Shown here piece by piece: positions 39,955-53,488 of a stretch of DNA of 64,000 nucleotides (positions are counted from its first letter, which is position 1; every line of letters begins with the position of its first letter). The stretch comes from Flaccisagitta enflata (lineage: Eukaryota), in NCBI GenBank assembly GCA_965153355.1, contig OZ231126.1, forward strand, positions 32,178,001 through 32,242,000, in the 5' to 3' direction. Below the pieces are notes generated by a model. It made no database searches, was not told where the DNA came from, and saw only the letters and a program-made list of their open reading frames with translations. Made by a program: the position numbers and the translations under genes.

Positions 39955-42266
39955 GTTTTTCATCAAAAGCCCTCTGTCAAAAGTGTGCCTTTGAACTGTC
40001 ATGGTGACACCCATTGCAGACAAAGATTGTGAAACTATGGGGAAGAGATAGACGTCGTTATCAATTTTTTATGATAGCTTGAGTATTTTTCCTTCCCGGG
40101 AGTCACTATGACGATTCCTTCCTCGATGTGTCCTTTATATGATACAATGTTAAGCAAGGTGTCAGCCTGAATATTTACCGCATCTATCTCCTTCATAAAC
40201 TGTGCTTAAATCTACGGGGCCCTGTCCCGAGCATTTTTGTCCGCATGGCTGTGGCCCAGTAGTGAACTTAAGACCGGCGCCAGGAAGTTACAGGAATTTA
40301 GAAGTTTTCTTCAGATTTCCGTTTCCTTCGTAAATGCAATAAATTGAATTAGCTAATTGACGGACCTATGAATTGGATATTCTTTACCCAGTTTGGACGT
40401 ATGCATGCTTGATGAGTCAGCAGACAACAGGAAAACATTGAATGTCCTCATGTAATAAATGCCATGAGCCATGCTACTCTCTATGCAAATTCAGAATTTC
40501 GACCAGTCCCCTATCAGTGACCAAAAATTCAAAAAGTAGAAATGTTCAACATTTTTTTTTAAGTTTCATTGGCTAAACTTGGTCCTCTTGCTAAATTAAT
40601 GCAAATTTTTTTTTGAATGCTATATCTGACCCATCTCATTTACTTTTATTCACTTGTTTATGCATTTTCATTCATTTTTTCTGTTTTGACCTTCTTTGAA
40701 ACACAAATGTTGGCTTTGGAGGGACGCCGTCTTAAGGTTGTATTATACTGTTTGCCTATATGTCTAAAACTGAATCAACAAATATGTGTGTATGGTGGTG
40801 CATAACCATTGGTTGGGGCGGAATTGATCGAGTTTAAAATGATCGTCTCCATGTCCAAGTGAACTGGATTAACCCATGTGTGCGTTTGCAGGTGCATCAG
40901 CATTTAAGGTAGTATTGATTGAACTGTAACTTATCGCTCACGTGTTTGTGTGAACTGAATCAACCCATGTGTGCATGTGCAAGATCCAGTTTCGGCAAAG
41001 AGGGAATGAGGCGCACGGCATGGGTATTTGGTGACTCTACAGCCTGATTTGTCCATCGGTCAGTCGGTCGGTCACATATGACTTTCTTATGATTTCATTT
41101 TTTTGAACTCTCTGCTCCTGCCCAAATGGTCTAGTGACCTCAAATATGGCCCCTGCCCACCCGCATGCTACTTCGGTAGCCGTGTATCCGGCCTTGTTTT
41201 CATGCTTCTTACAATTTCTTTCATCAGAATTGGTTGCTACGAATATTTTATGTGCTAAAATGTTCAACAAAATGCTACCATGTGCTACAATATGACTAAG
41301 TGGGCTATAGTGTAGTATCACTTGGTGCCATAAGTGTTTAGTAGAGATAGAGGAATAAAGTCAATTTAGTTTAAAAAGAACCTATGCATAATTGCAAAGT
41401 AAAGTCAAATGAGCACAATATTCAAAATTTGTAGGCCAGAAGCGAAATCAGAACTGTATCCCATGTAAAGAAACAAAGAGAGATAAATGGACGCCAAGTG
41501 GCATTTATGATGGAAGACTGCAAGAGTACAAGACTGCCACTCAGTTGCAGATTGCCACTAACTGAGATTGATAATGGATCATAATCAACTGACCTCGTCC
41601 ATCCCATCAGAAGCCTGCCTGTCTCAAAACTACTAACAGAGCAGGGGAAAACGTTGGTGAGTGAGCTTGGGTGCCATTCTCCATCTGTTTGTTGTTTGGG
41701 AGTTTTGGTCATCCAATGTTGGAAAATTACCGTCATCCACTTAAATAGCATGGCTCATGGCATTTATTATATGAGGACATTCAATGTTTTCCCGTTGTCT
41801 GCTGACTCATCAAGCATGCATACGTCCAAACTGGGTAAAGAATACCCAATTCATATGTCCCTCAATTAGCTAAGTTCAATTTTCTGCATTTACGGAAGGA
41901 AACGGAAATCTGAAGAAAACTTCTCCATTCCTGTAATTTCCTGGCGCCGGTCTTAAGTTCCCTACTGTGCCACAGCCATGCGGACAAAAATGCTCGGGGC
42001 AGGGCCCCGTAGATTTAAGCATAGTTTCTGAAAAGATAAATGCGGTAAAAATTTGGGCTGACACCTCATATGAAATTGTATCATATAAAGCACACAATGA
42101 AGAAGGAATCGTCATAGTGACTCCCGGGAAGGAAAGATACTCAAGCTATCATTAAAAATCGATGACAACGTCTATCTCTTCCCCATAGTTTCACGATCTT
42201 TGTCTGCAATGGGTGTCACCATGACAGTGCAAAGCACACTTTTGACAGAGGGCTTTTGATGAAAAA
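39955..42266. repeat. Pair of ~520-bp diverged inverted repeats (39955-40476 and 41746-42266)
   Basis: CATCAAAAGCCCTCTGTCAAAAGTGTG ... GCCATGAGCCATGCTA matches the reverse complement of the second arm. Confidence 0.85.
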
Positions 42267-43076
42267 AACAAAAGACAAAATCGCATCCCTAACTTGAACC
42301 ATTTTCATCCGTAATTCATCAACACTGCATCAAGAAGAAGGACACATAACTTCCACCCTAAAACCTCATCAGGACTGTATCAAGATCACATCCAGACAAC
42401 ATCGAGACAACAACAGAACAGAATCAGGACCAAATCAAGACCACTTTCAGACAACATCAAGACCTCATCTAGACAACATCAAGACCACATCTACGTAACA
42501 TCGAGACAACAGCAACAAAATTGCATTAGGACCAAATTAGGATCATACAAAGTACAAAATAAGCAAACAAGGTAAAGATGCACCGTGTGGATCGTTCGCG
42601 TGACGGACAGACCAATCTACTGAGCGACCAACGGACAGACACAACCGGTTACAGAGTTGTGGTGGCGCATCTAAAATTGCAAAAGAAAGGAAATATAAAA
42701 GAATATATAAAAAGTGCCTCATACAGACGGTTATCCGAAAGCATCAATGATTCTCATTCTAAACGATGCGCCATGAAAACGCCACGAGATCGACCAACGA
42801 ACTGTACATACGTTGATACAACTTGTACCTTGTTTTCATACAAGGGCCAAGAGGACTTTTCATGTAGCCCTTCCTTGGCAGTTATAGAAATCAAAAAGAA
42901 AGGAAAGAAAGAAAAAACCGATAGAGAAAAAGTCAAGTTTTCAAAGTCTTGAAGAGAGTTGAAAGGAAATATTTTTGAATTTGGTGGAGGATTATTAATT
43001 TTTTTTATCCTTTTCCGCAGTGACAAAAACCCAACCAGTGACACGCCTAGAGGGAAATCAAAGAGACTATGAAGTA

Positions 43077-43138
<62 letters not shown>

Positions 43139-43302
43139 AAGAAAAAGAAAGAGAAAGAGAGACAGACAGACAGACAAAAAAAGAAAAAAAAGAGAGACCT
43201 AACCATTCCTGGCATTCCAAAAAGAAGACACACACGCAGACGCAGACACACAGAAACACACACAGAGACACACACAGACACACAGACACAAAGACACACA
43301 CA

Positions 43303-43413
<111 letters not shown>

Positions 43414-44392
43414 GCACACACACCTCGAACAAGGCAAGGTAGAGCCGAGAGAGACAGATACTAAAGATTGGGAAAAGAAATGGGAAATGAAGAGAGTAAA
43501 GGAATAACTGTGAGACAAAGTGGATTCTCCCAGGAAAGATGAATGAAGTTGAACTTGACGAGAAGAAATTGAACTCATTCTCCTTCCTCCTTACCGGTTG
43601 GCCTCTCATTCCGCACTAACATCCGGTCTCTTTTGAGGTACTCCTCAACCTCCTTACCGGTTTGCCCTCCACCCCGTGCTCACTCTCGACCTCTTTTGAA
43701 GGGCTCCTCTACCTCTTTGTCTATGTCCTTACCGGTTCGCCCACTATCACATGATCCCCCCCCCCCCTTCTCTTTATAGTTGCTACCCCGACCATCCATC
43801 ACCTGTTTGTCTGCCTTCCCACCAGTTCGCCTCCTGTCCTGCGTTCCCCCCTCTCTTCATTCGGCCCCTTAATCCATTTTGCATTTTCCGTAATTACCTC
43901 CCTTCATCTTTGTCTGAGGCTCCGTGCAGATACCCTCTTTCGTTACTTCCAAACTGCCATGGCTCTTCGTTTGTTTGTCAGTCAGTCAGTCAGTCAGTCA
44001 GTCAGTCAGTCAGTCAGTCAGTCAGTCAGTCAGTCAGTCAGTCAGTCATTTCAAGAAACGAGCTTGCAAAGACACGTATCGCAAAATAATAACGCAGGCA
44101 AATATTTTTGACAGGACATCATCAATGTTAACGGAGTTTTGTAGTGATTTGCATAGTTACCATTCGAGGGGCCTGTCATTTGGTTGGTCAGGGACTCGGT
44201 TTGTCATTCCTGTCAACAGTCCAACTGAAAGTCTGTAGTCTATAGTCTGTACAGTTGGCCTTGAACTTGGTTTCGTGTTTCTCGTGACTTTGACTTTCGT
44301 CTTTGAATGGCGATGGGAAAAAATACTGAAAGCAAAAATGCAAAGAAAAACCATAACGATAAAAATGAGAATGTGAATAGGAAGGAGGTACG

Positions 44393-44450
<58 letters not shown>

Positions 44451-44770
44451 CAGATAGACAGAGCGACAGAAACATCATAACAGAGAGAAAGAAACAGAAA
44501 CACAGAGAGACAGAGGGAGACAAATATTGGGATAGACAGAGAGACAAACACCGAGAGAGCAGAACGTCATACTGGGTTGCCACCGACTTTTCTTGAAGAC
44601 CCGATCAGAAAGAAAGAAAGAAAGAAAGAAAGAAAGTAAGAAAGAAAGAAAGAAGGAATGTAAGAATAGAAAGATAGAAAGAAAGAAAGATATGAAAGCC
44701 ATCAAAGGCAAAAGAATGAAGATAAATGGAAAGTAATGTGAAGGAGAAAACTAGGTCATGTAATCGTTGT

Positions 44771-44883
44771 GACTACTGTACGGCTTCAGAAACATGCTTA
44801 GGGCATTGGCCGAGCTATTAATATCAAGAATTCGTTAACATGTGAAAGTAATAGGCCTTCGTTTCTGAAGCCGTACAGTAGTC
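44771..44883. mobile_element. Tiny MITE or hairpin with a 23-bp perfect inverted repeat
   Basis: GACTACTGTACGGCTTCAGAAAC ... GTTTCTGAAGCCGTACAGTAGTC. Confidence 0.7.
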
Positions 44884-44994
44884 TCAACAAGAGTTTTGTC
44901 ATCAAACTGACGGCATCGATTCAGGATCTTTGATAAGAGTTGACTGATTATATCTATAGGTTATTGTGACGGTTCTTCTATTGGTCTGATTATC

Positions 44995-45561
44995 AACTAG
45001 TCATCCAAGGATCGCACACGGTCAGCGGTACCCTATGCCCTGCTTGGAGTAATCAAGTGAAGTAGTGGAGTGAGAGGAGGGCAGCGGCCCCAAAGGGCCA
45101 ATGTCCTGTAGGGCACAGGGGTGAATTTCCAGACATCCTGAGGCGGAATTGAAGTCGGGACAGCAGAATTGAGTCCAACAGAGCAGATTCAAGGTTTTGG
45201 GGGCATGCTTGAGGCCTAGAGGACAAACTTGAGGCCTGAAGAGTTGATTTGAGGCCTCGAGGGCGGTTATGAGCTCTGGAGGGCTGATTTGAGGTCTTGA
45301 GGGCAGATATATGGTCTGGAGAGCATATTTGAGCTCTCCAGGGCTAAATAGAGGCCTGAAAGGGCTAATTTGAGGGCTCAGAGGGCCAAAATCAGGCCTG
45401 AGACTGCAGACTTGAGGCTCCGATGGCCAAGGGGGGGGGACGGATGGATGGATGGAAGGACGGACGGACGGATGGATGGAAGGATGGACAGATGGAAGGA
45501 CGGACATCGCCAAATTCCCCCCTGTGTCCCACAGGACATCGGCCCTTTGGGGCCGCTGCCC
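44995..45561 (-). mobile_element. Helentron/DINE-1-like element, family C (minus strand)
   Basis: Reverse complement of the ends of 14889-15543, with (GGAT/GGAC)n. Confidence 0.7.
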
Positions 45562-46196
45562 AAAAAGCAGAAAACAAGACTATTCCGGCTTGTCTGACGG
45601 TCGGTTAGTTGGCCTAATGAAAAATGCAGCCTTCGCGTCACTGTCCCTGCCCATCAACATGCGACTGGGGTAACAGTGCAGTGTAGCCCTCCACTTTCCC
45701 CTTCACGTAGGTTTCTCTCGTTCTCATACTTGATCATTCTTCTTCCTATCCAATTTCCAATTATTTCGATACAATTTCGACTCGATTTGCCCTTCTTCCT
45801 TTTTTTTTTCATTCTTTTTTTTCTCTCTTTTCTCTTCTCTCCTTTCTTTTTTTTCCTCTCTTTCTCCCCCATGCTAGTTCATCAATTACGTCCAACCGCG
45901 CTTGCGCTGCGGGGAGACTCAAACCTCCCTCAAGACACTCGCTTTTTCAGTGCTCTTCCACCAGCTTTTCTGTCTTTTTCTGCTTGGGCTCTTAATTTCT
46001 AATCGCGTGCACGCGACTCTACACCCAACTTTGTCCGTCCGTCCATCCGTCCGTTGGTCGGTCGGTCTGTATGTCAATCCCTCACGCTTTTAGATTTTTT
46101 TATAAATCTTATTTCCTTCAGTTATTTCAAGTCATTTAAGAGTATATTCAGTCATTTTAAGTCATTCCAAGGCATTTTGTAAGTCTCGCACGCGAC

Positions 46197-47200
<1,004 letters not shown>

Positions 47201-48213
47201 CGAGCAAGAAAGAGAGCTAGAGAGAGCTGGAGAGACAGAAAGCCAGTGACAGAGAGACGAAGACAGAGACAGAGAGCAAGTCCGACAGATAGACCGAGAT
47301 GAAATTAGATAAAGAGAGAGAGAAGAGAGAGAGAGAGAGCGAGAGAAAGCTAAGAGAGTGGGAGGAAAAGGCGTCTATAAACAAAATTAGTTTTGAGCTC
47401 TGAAAAGCAAAGTGGCTTTCAGAAAATGATACTCCCTCGGTTGAAAGCCATCCTCACAACATAGGAAGCACCATCAGCTTCATCTCAAAAATGAATTGGA
47501 GAAAAATATGAAGATATAATTTAGTGTTGACTGCAAATAGGGTAGTTTGGGAGAATTAAAAAAAAAAGAGTGGCGTTGGTGCATTTGGATGGTTGAGCTG
47601 GTTCTCGGATGGAAGTCGAGCCGAGGTGGGATGCAAAAATTCTATCGCTTGTATTAGGAGAGAAAATGACCACGTTTTGTTCTGATTCCTTTGAAAATGC
47701 AAAACTGTCTCTCCCTCACAGAAGCCTAGATTATGGAGGCTTGCGCTTAGACGCAAAATTTGCATCAGAGTAATGCAAAAACTTCTTATAACGCTATGAA
47801 ACTTATCAAGGAATTAGCCACCCAACCTGCTCGTAGAATAATTATTATTTAATCAATGGAATCTTCCTGTTTGAGATAAAAAGACATACAACAAAAAAAA
47901 CTGAGTTTGCATGGGCAGATATTTTGAGGGAGAAATGTGTCTTAAAACTACAATGGTAATGAGTGAATTGGGTGATAAATGATAGAATTTCGGTGATGTG
48001 ATGGTTTGGTCATTTGCATTTGCTCATTAGAAATATTAAATTTGCATTGAAAATTGGATGACCAAAAAAACAAGAACATAGCGCGCTCAGGAACACCAAA
48101 AGTCCTTGAAAATGTCAGTTTCAGCTCCAATTTGCAGATTTAGAATGTCCAACCGAGTGGACTTGAATTTATTGTTCAAAGAAACAACTTGTTTCTAACT
48201 TCATTTCTGCGTA

Positions 48214-48653
48214 CACTTTTTTTTTTTTATAAGAACATCATTTTTTTTTTCGAAGGCTTCATGTTCTTATTTTTGAGGCCAAATGAAGCCTTTAACATTC
48301 TTAGAGCGTTCTTAATCTAAAGTACTATATTAACTATAAGGAACCTTATAATATACTATTATTTGATTATATCAAATATATTTTTATTGAATACTATTAA
48401 AACAAATGCTAAACATTAATGTATGGGGATATTTTCTTGATTTTTATATAAGAAATTAAAGAATTTTATCTTAATTATTCTAAAATGTTAGTGTTTTGTT
48501 AATGTTTGTTAAATGTTACTTTAAACGAAATTTTTTTCTTAAGATTTCAAGCCTTTGTATGTTCTTAAGATGTTCTTAATTTTGGGGCCATTCGAAGCCT
48601 TGATGTTCTTATAAACTAGGTTCTTATAAACTAGGTTCTTATAAAAAAAAGTG
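48214..48653. mobile_element. MITE with TA TSD
   Basis: TA|CACTTTTTT..TATAAGAAC ... GTTCTTATAAAAAAAAGTG|TA. Confidence 0.75.
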
Positions 48654-48819
48654 TATTTGATCTGTGAAATATCAGGTATACCAGTAACGGTGGCTGTCGC
48701 CGTGAGGAAAAAAGTCGTAAGCATTGGTCACTTTTCACCAAGCTTTTATCTTCAGTCCCTGTCCTTTTTTTATTTGTTAGGTCAAATCAAGAGCAATTGT
48801 ATGTGTTGTATGTATGTAA

Positions 48820-48850
<31 letters not shown>

Positions 48851-50169
48851 TGTATGTATGTATGTATGTATGTATGTATTTATGTATTGTATGAATGAAA
48901 AATGGAACTTAGGCAAATGAGCTAGATAAGCTGAAATACTCAAAATCACTCAAACAGACAACCAGCTATGCTCACTGAAATGTTTTCTGTATTTGCATGC
49001 TCAATCAAAACATTTATTCATCCTGTTTGAAATCAGAAAAAAACTATATTAAATGAGCTAGATGAGCTAAATGAGCTGGAATACTTTAAAACACCCTCAC
49101 AGATGAGCAGCTCCGCTCACTGACATGCTTTCTTATATCTGCTTGCTTAAACATGTATCAAAATATCTATTCATTTGTTGCACTTAAAAAAAAAAAAGAT
49201 TTGAGCTAAATGAGCTAAATGAGCTAAATTGCTCAACACCCTCACAGATGAGCAGCTATGTTCATAAATATGTTTTCTTGTATTTGCATGCGCTAACAAA
49301 CATAAATACACTCCTTTATTGATCCTACTTAAAATTATAAAAATTTAAAAAAATTCAATTTACATTTGTACATTAATCCTTAAAAATTCATAGCAAAAAA
49401 AATATTTGTTGTAGAGCATTCTGCTTTGCTCCAGATAAAAGAGAACTATCAAATTTACTATCCCTATCAATTTCGTTTGAGGGACCAATCAGCCCTAGAA
49501 GATGCCCAACTGTCTCATAAGAAAATGAAAACCCTGTTTCTCTCAAATATGTCAAAAAGTCAAAGACTGACTTCGACTTTTTTCCCGACAAAATAGTTTC
49601 TAACATAAACCATGGGGGAAGAGGAGAAAGAGGTCAAAATCCTTTGGAAAGGGTGGATGTCCTGTCGGACTCAGGGGTGAATTTCCAAACGTCCCCCCGT
49701 TGGCCATAAGGGCCTCAAATCCAAAGAACATATAGAATCTGATTCAATCAACACAATTTGCCCTGAGCCGTTCCCCGTACTTCCAGAACTGGTTTCTTTT
49801 TTTTTTCAAAATCGTTTTATCAAGAATGATTTTAAACTTTGAGGGAGCAGAAAACAGGTTATTCATTGAATAGCTCAATTTCTTTTTTTATACATCTCAT
49901 TCCCTTCTTCCCTCGGCCACGTGATCTTCCTCCTCTTCCCTCTCCTCCTCCTCCTATCTCTCCTGTATATTCCTTTAACTCTTCCTCTATCTTTCTAGGC
50001 AGCAGCCCAAAGGGCTGATGACCTGTAAAACACAAGGGCAAATTTCATATGTACATCCTTACTACAACTGTCTGTCTTCTCTGACTCAGACACCCCTCCT
50101 ACCTTTTCCTTGGCTGTGAAGAAATTTACACTGTGTTTTACAAGACATAAGCCCTTTGAGGTTGCTGCC

Positions 50170-50786
50170 CACTGTGCTTTTAAAACAATTCTGAGTGAAA
50201 AGTCATATAACTGTGGGTTTTTCTGCATTTTTGAGCAGTATTAGGGTGTAAGAGCATGTAACTAGCAAAAACAAAATCATTCCCTGAGCGCTTTTTGAGT
50301 GATCTTCAAAATCAGAAAAAAATAGACCTATTTTCAATGCATATTCTTCTGGGATGTGTTGACTAAATTCCTGAAATACATATTGTTAATCTATGCAAAA
50401 TTCCCTTTCATTTGATAGGTCGCACTCTATATTTTTGCAAAAAATTGAAATTTTCATTTTTTGAGTTACCGTTACAAAAAAGTAACGGTGGCTCAAAATA
50501 TGAAAACCTAATATCTATATAAAACCATATAGTGTGACCTATCAAATGAAAGGAAATTTTGTATAGAATAAAAATATGGAATCAAAAAATGAGTCAATAC
50601 AATTCATTAGAATTTGCATTAAAGATAGGTTTAATTTTTTTTTATTTTGAAGATAATTCAAAAAGCGCTCGGGGAATGATTTTGTTTTTGCTAGTTACAT
50701 GCTCATACACCCCAATACTGCTCCAAAAGGCAGAAAAACCCACAGTTATATGACTTTCCACTGAGAATTTTTTTAAAAGCACAGTG
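50170..50786. mobile_element. Transib-like foldback MITE inserted in a degenerate family-C element (49998-50855)
   Basis: Termini CACTGTGCTTTTAAAA / TTTTAAAAGCACAGTG with long imperfect TIRs. GC-rich duplication TGCC(C) on both sides. Confidence 0.75.
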
Positions 50787-51179
50787 TGCCCTGCTCGCAT
50801 CCAACCTCTTCTGCTGATATACCTCAGGCAGGGCATCGGGTACTGCTGACCATGTTCAATCCATCACACAAAATTTTTATCGGACTTGAGAAAGTCGGTT
50901 TAAATGAATCATTTATCCGCGAGCATCATTTTACTGCAAAGATTCAGTTCGGAATTTCAATTTTTTTCTTTTTATTTCCTCAATTTCTTTACTATTACGA
51001 GTTTTAAGGGAAGAACACTTGTAAGTCGAGGAGAAAGATGTTAGCTACAAATGGACACCGCGTGAACCAGGTGAGATGAATATTGAACAATTCCAAGAGT
51101 TCAGCAAATGATATTCCAAACAAACAAAATGGATATCCACTTAAAAAAGGTATAATTTGATGTTTATCTTAGATGAAAA

Positions 51180-51960
51180 CGACAATAATGAGGGAGAAGA
51201 ACGACAACGATGAGGGAGAAGAACAACAACGATGAAGGAGAAGAGTGATGGCGATGAAGGAGATGAGTGTCGGCGATGAAGGAGAAGAACGACGACGATG
51301 AAAGGGAACAACAACGATGATAAAGGAGAAGAACAACGACAAAGGGGAAGAACGACGACGATGAGGGAGAAGAACGACGACGACGAGGGAGAAGAACAAC
51401 AATGAGGGAGAAGAACAACGATGACGAGGGAGAAGAACAACGACGACGAGGGAGAAGAACGATGACGACGAGAGAGAAGAACAACGACGACGAGGGAGAG
51501 GGAGAAGAACGACGACGATGAGGGAGAAGAACAACGATGATGGAGAAGAACCACGACAATGACGGAGAAGAACCACAACAACGAAGGGGAAGAACGAAGA
51601 CTGTGAAGGGGAAAAACGACAACAATGTAGGCGAAGAACAACGATGACAAAGGAAAATAACACTGATGAAGTTGAAGAACAACAGCGATGAAAGGGAAAA
51701 ACAATGACAATGAAGGGAAAATACGATGGTGAAGGAGAACGACAACAATGAAACGATGGAGAAGAACAATGATGATGAAGAAGAAGAACAATGAAGATGA
51801 AGGAGAAGAACAATGAAGATGAAGGAGACAAACAATGTAGATGAAGGAGACAAACAACGAAAAGAGGAACAAAAAAGGAAAAGAAAAAAGACAATGACGA
51901 AAAATAATGATAATAGAGCAGAAGGACGATGATGGAGACGAACTCAGCACAACAAGAAGT
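51180..51960. repeat. Degenerate purine-rich minisatellite (GAGAAGAACAACGACGATGAGG-like)
   Basis: Directly visible low-complexity repeats. Confidence 0.85.
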
Positions 51961-52269
51961 GCAACAACAATAGAAAAAAAATGATCAAATGAAACCTGAT
52001 ATTTATACTTAAACATTTTTTTTTCAAATTATTGTAAAAACTTGGTTTCTTGTACATGGATGTCAAATTTAAAAAACTTATCTTATGAATCTTATCTTCT
52101 CAAATGCTTCATCTTTTTTTGTTTAACGCCTTTAGCTGAGGCCCTTACGCCATGCCATGACTAAGTTAAAAAGGTCAGTTTGCGACTGCTTTGAGCAGTT
52201 AGGTTGATGTGACCGTCATTAGGTTGATGAGACCACACCTTGGTTACGGGAGTCACGAATAGGTCTCCT

Positions 52270-52905
52270 AGGCCAAGATTTGGTCGCTCAGGGCCCGATT
52301 AGGTCGCTCAGGCCCCGATTAGGTCGCTCAGGCCACTATAAGGTCACTCAGGCCGCAATTAGGTCTCAAAAAGACGCTTAGGTCTCAATATGCTCGCTGA
52401 GGTCGGACTAGGTCGTTGAGGCTGGGATTAGGTCGTTGAGGCCAGAATTAGGTCGTTGAGGCTGGGATTAGATTGTTGAGGCTGGGATTAGGTCGTTGAG
52501 GCTGGGATTAGGTCGTTGAGGCTGGGATTAGGTCGTTGAGGCCGGGATTAGGTTGTTGAGGCCGGGATTAGGTTGTTGAGGCCGGGATTAGGTTGTTGAG
52601 GCCGGGATTAGGTTGTTGAGGCCGAGATTAGTTTGTTGAGGCCGGGATTAGGTCGTTGAGGCCGGGATTAGGTCGTTGACGCCGGGATTAGATTGTTGAG
52701 ATCAAAATTAGGGCGTTTTGACCAGGATTAGGTTGTTGAGGCAGGGATTAGGTGGTTGAGACCCCTATAGGTCGTTTAGGCCGGGATTAGGTCGTTTAGG
52801 CAAAGATTAGGTCATGGAGGTTGGAATTAGGTCATCGAGGCCGGGATTAGGTCATTGGGGCCGTGATTAGGTTGTTTAGGCCGGGATTTGGACCTTCGAG
52901 GCCGT
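52270..52905. repeat. 20-bp minisatellite (GAGGCCGGGATTAGGTCGTT)
   Basis: About 30 tandem copies, homogeneous in the centre and degenerate at the edges. Confidence 0.92.
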
Positions 52906-53410
52906 GACATGTGGCGATAATGTGATACGTGTGGCTGTAACACATCAAACACCATTGTAATTCAAAAACGTTAAAAGATCAAATTTTCATTCTATAAAAA
53001 AATGTTCAATGTGATTATCGCCAAAGTTATTGCTTGATCGCTGTACAACTAACTCAGGATAAGTCAAGGAGTTGGATGGTCATTCAAGCAAAATTTCAGA
53101 ATATTTCATAGAATATTATCAAAACTGTACTAGTTCGAAATATTTTGGTGGGTGACTGGTAGGGCTGGTCTGACTTCTTAAAAGTTTCTGAAATTTCAGA
53201 TTATAGAAGACAAGGTCAAATGATGTTACCATGCAAAAAATCAAGTCAATCGGTCAATGCGTCTCTGAGTTGTGGCCTTTCAAAGTATAGATGAAATACG
53301 TCACGATGCTTTCAATTCTAATCAGCGGGCAGGACGATCGGCGCGTTTTAGATCTGAAACTTGATCATTAAGAATCAATAAGCTTTTACATCGTCAACTT
53401 GTCAGACTGG

Positions 53411-53488
53411 CACCTTGGCCTATTGGTTAAGACACAAGACTTGCTTTAACGCGGTCACCAGTTCGAATCCGAGAAAGGTCCCCTTTTT
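53411..53488 (+). ncRNA. tRNA-like Pol III cassette (pseudo-tRNA / SINE head)
   Basis: A-box TGGCCTATTGG (53416-53426), B-box AGTTCGAATCC (53460-53470), flanking ACCTT/AAGGT stem and TTTTT at 53484-53488. The anticodon arm does not pair. Confidence 0.5.

Noticed and set aside
38975-40731. Possible TTAA-flanked element with GACGGC/GCCGTC ends (Kolobok-like)
   Set aside because: Only 6 bp of inverted match beyond TTAA; could be chance.
51141-52016. 229-291 aa minus-strand ORFs in all three frames
   Set aside because: Low-complexity pyrimidine-rich strand that lacks stops by composition; no domain features.
53411-53488. Functional tRNA gene
   Set aside because: The anticodon and T arms do not form a canonical cloverleaf; kept only as a tRNA-like cassette.
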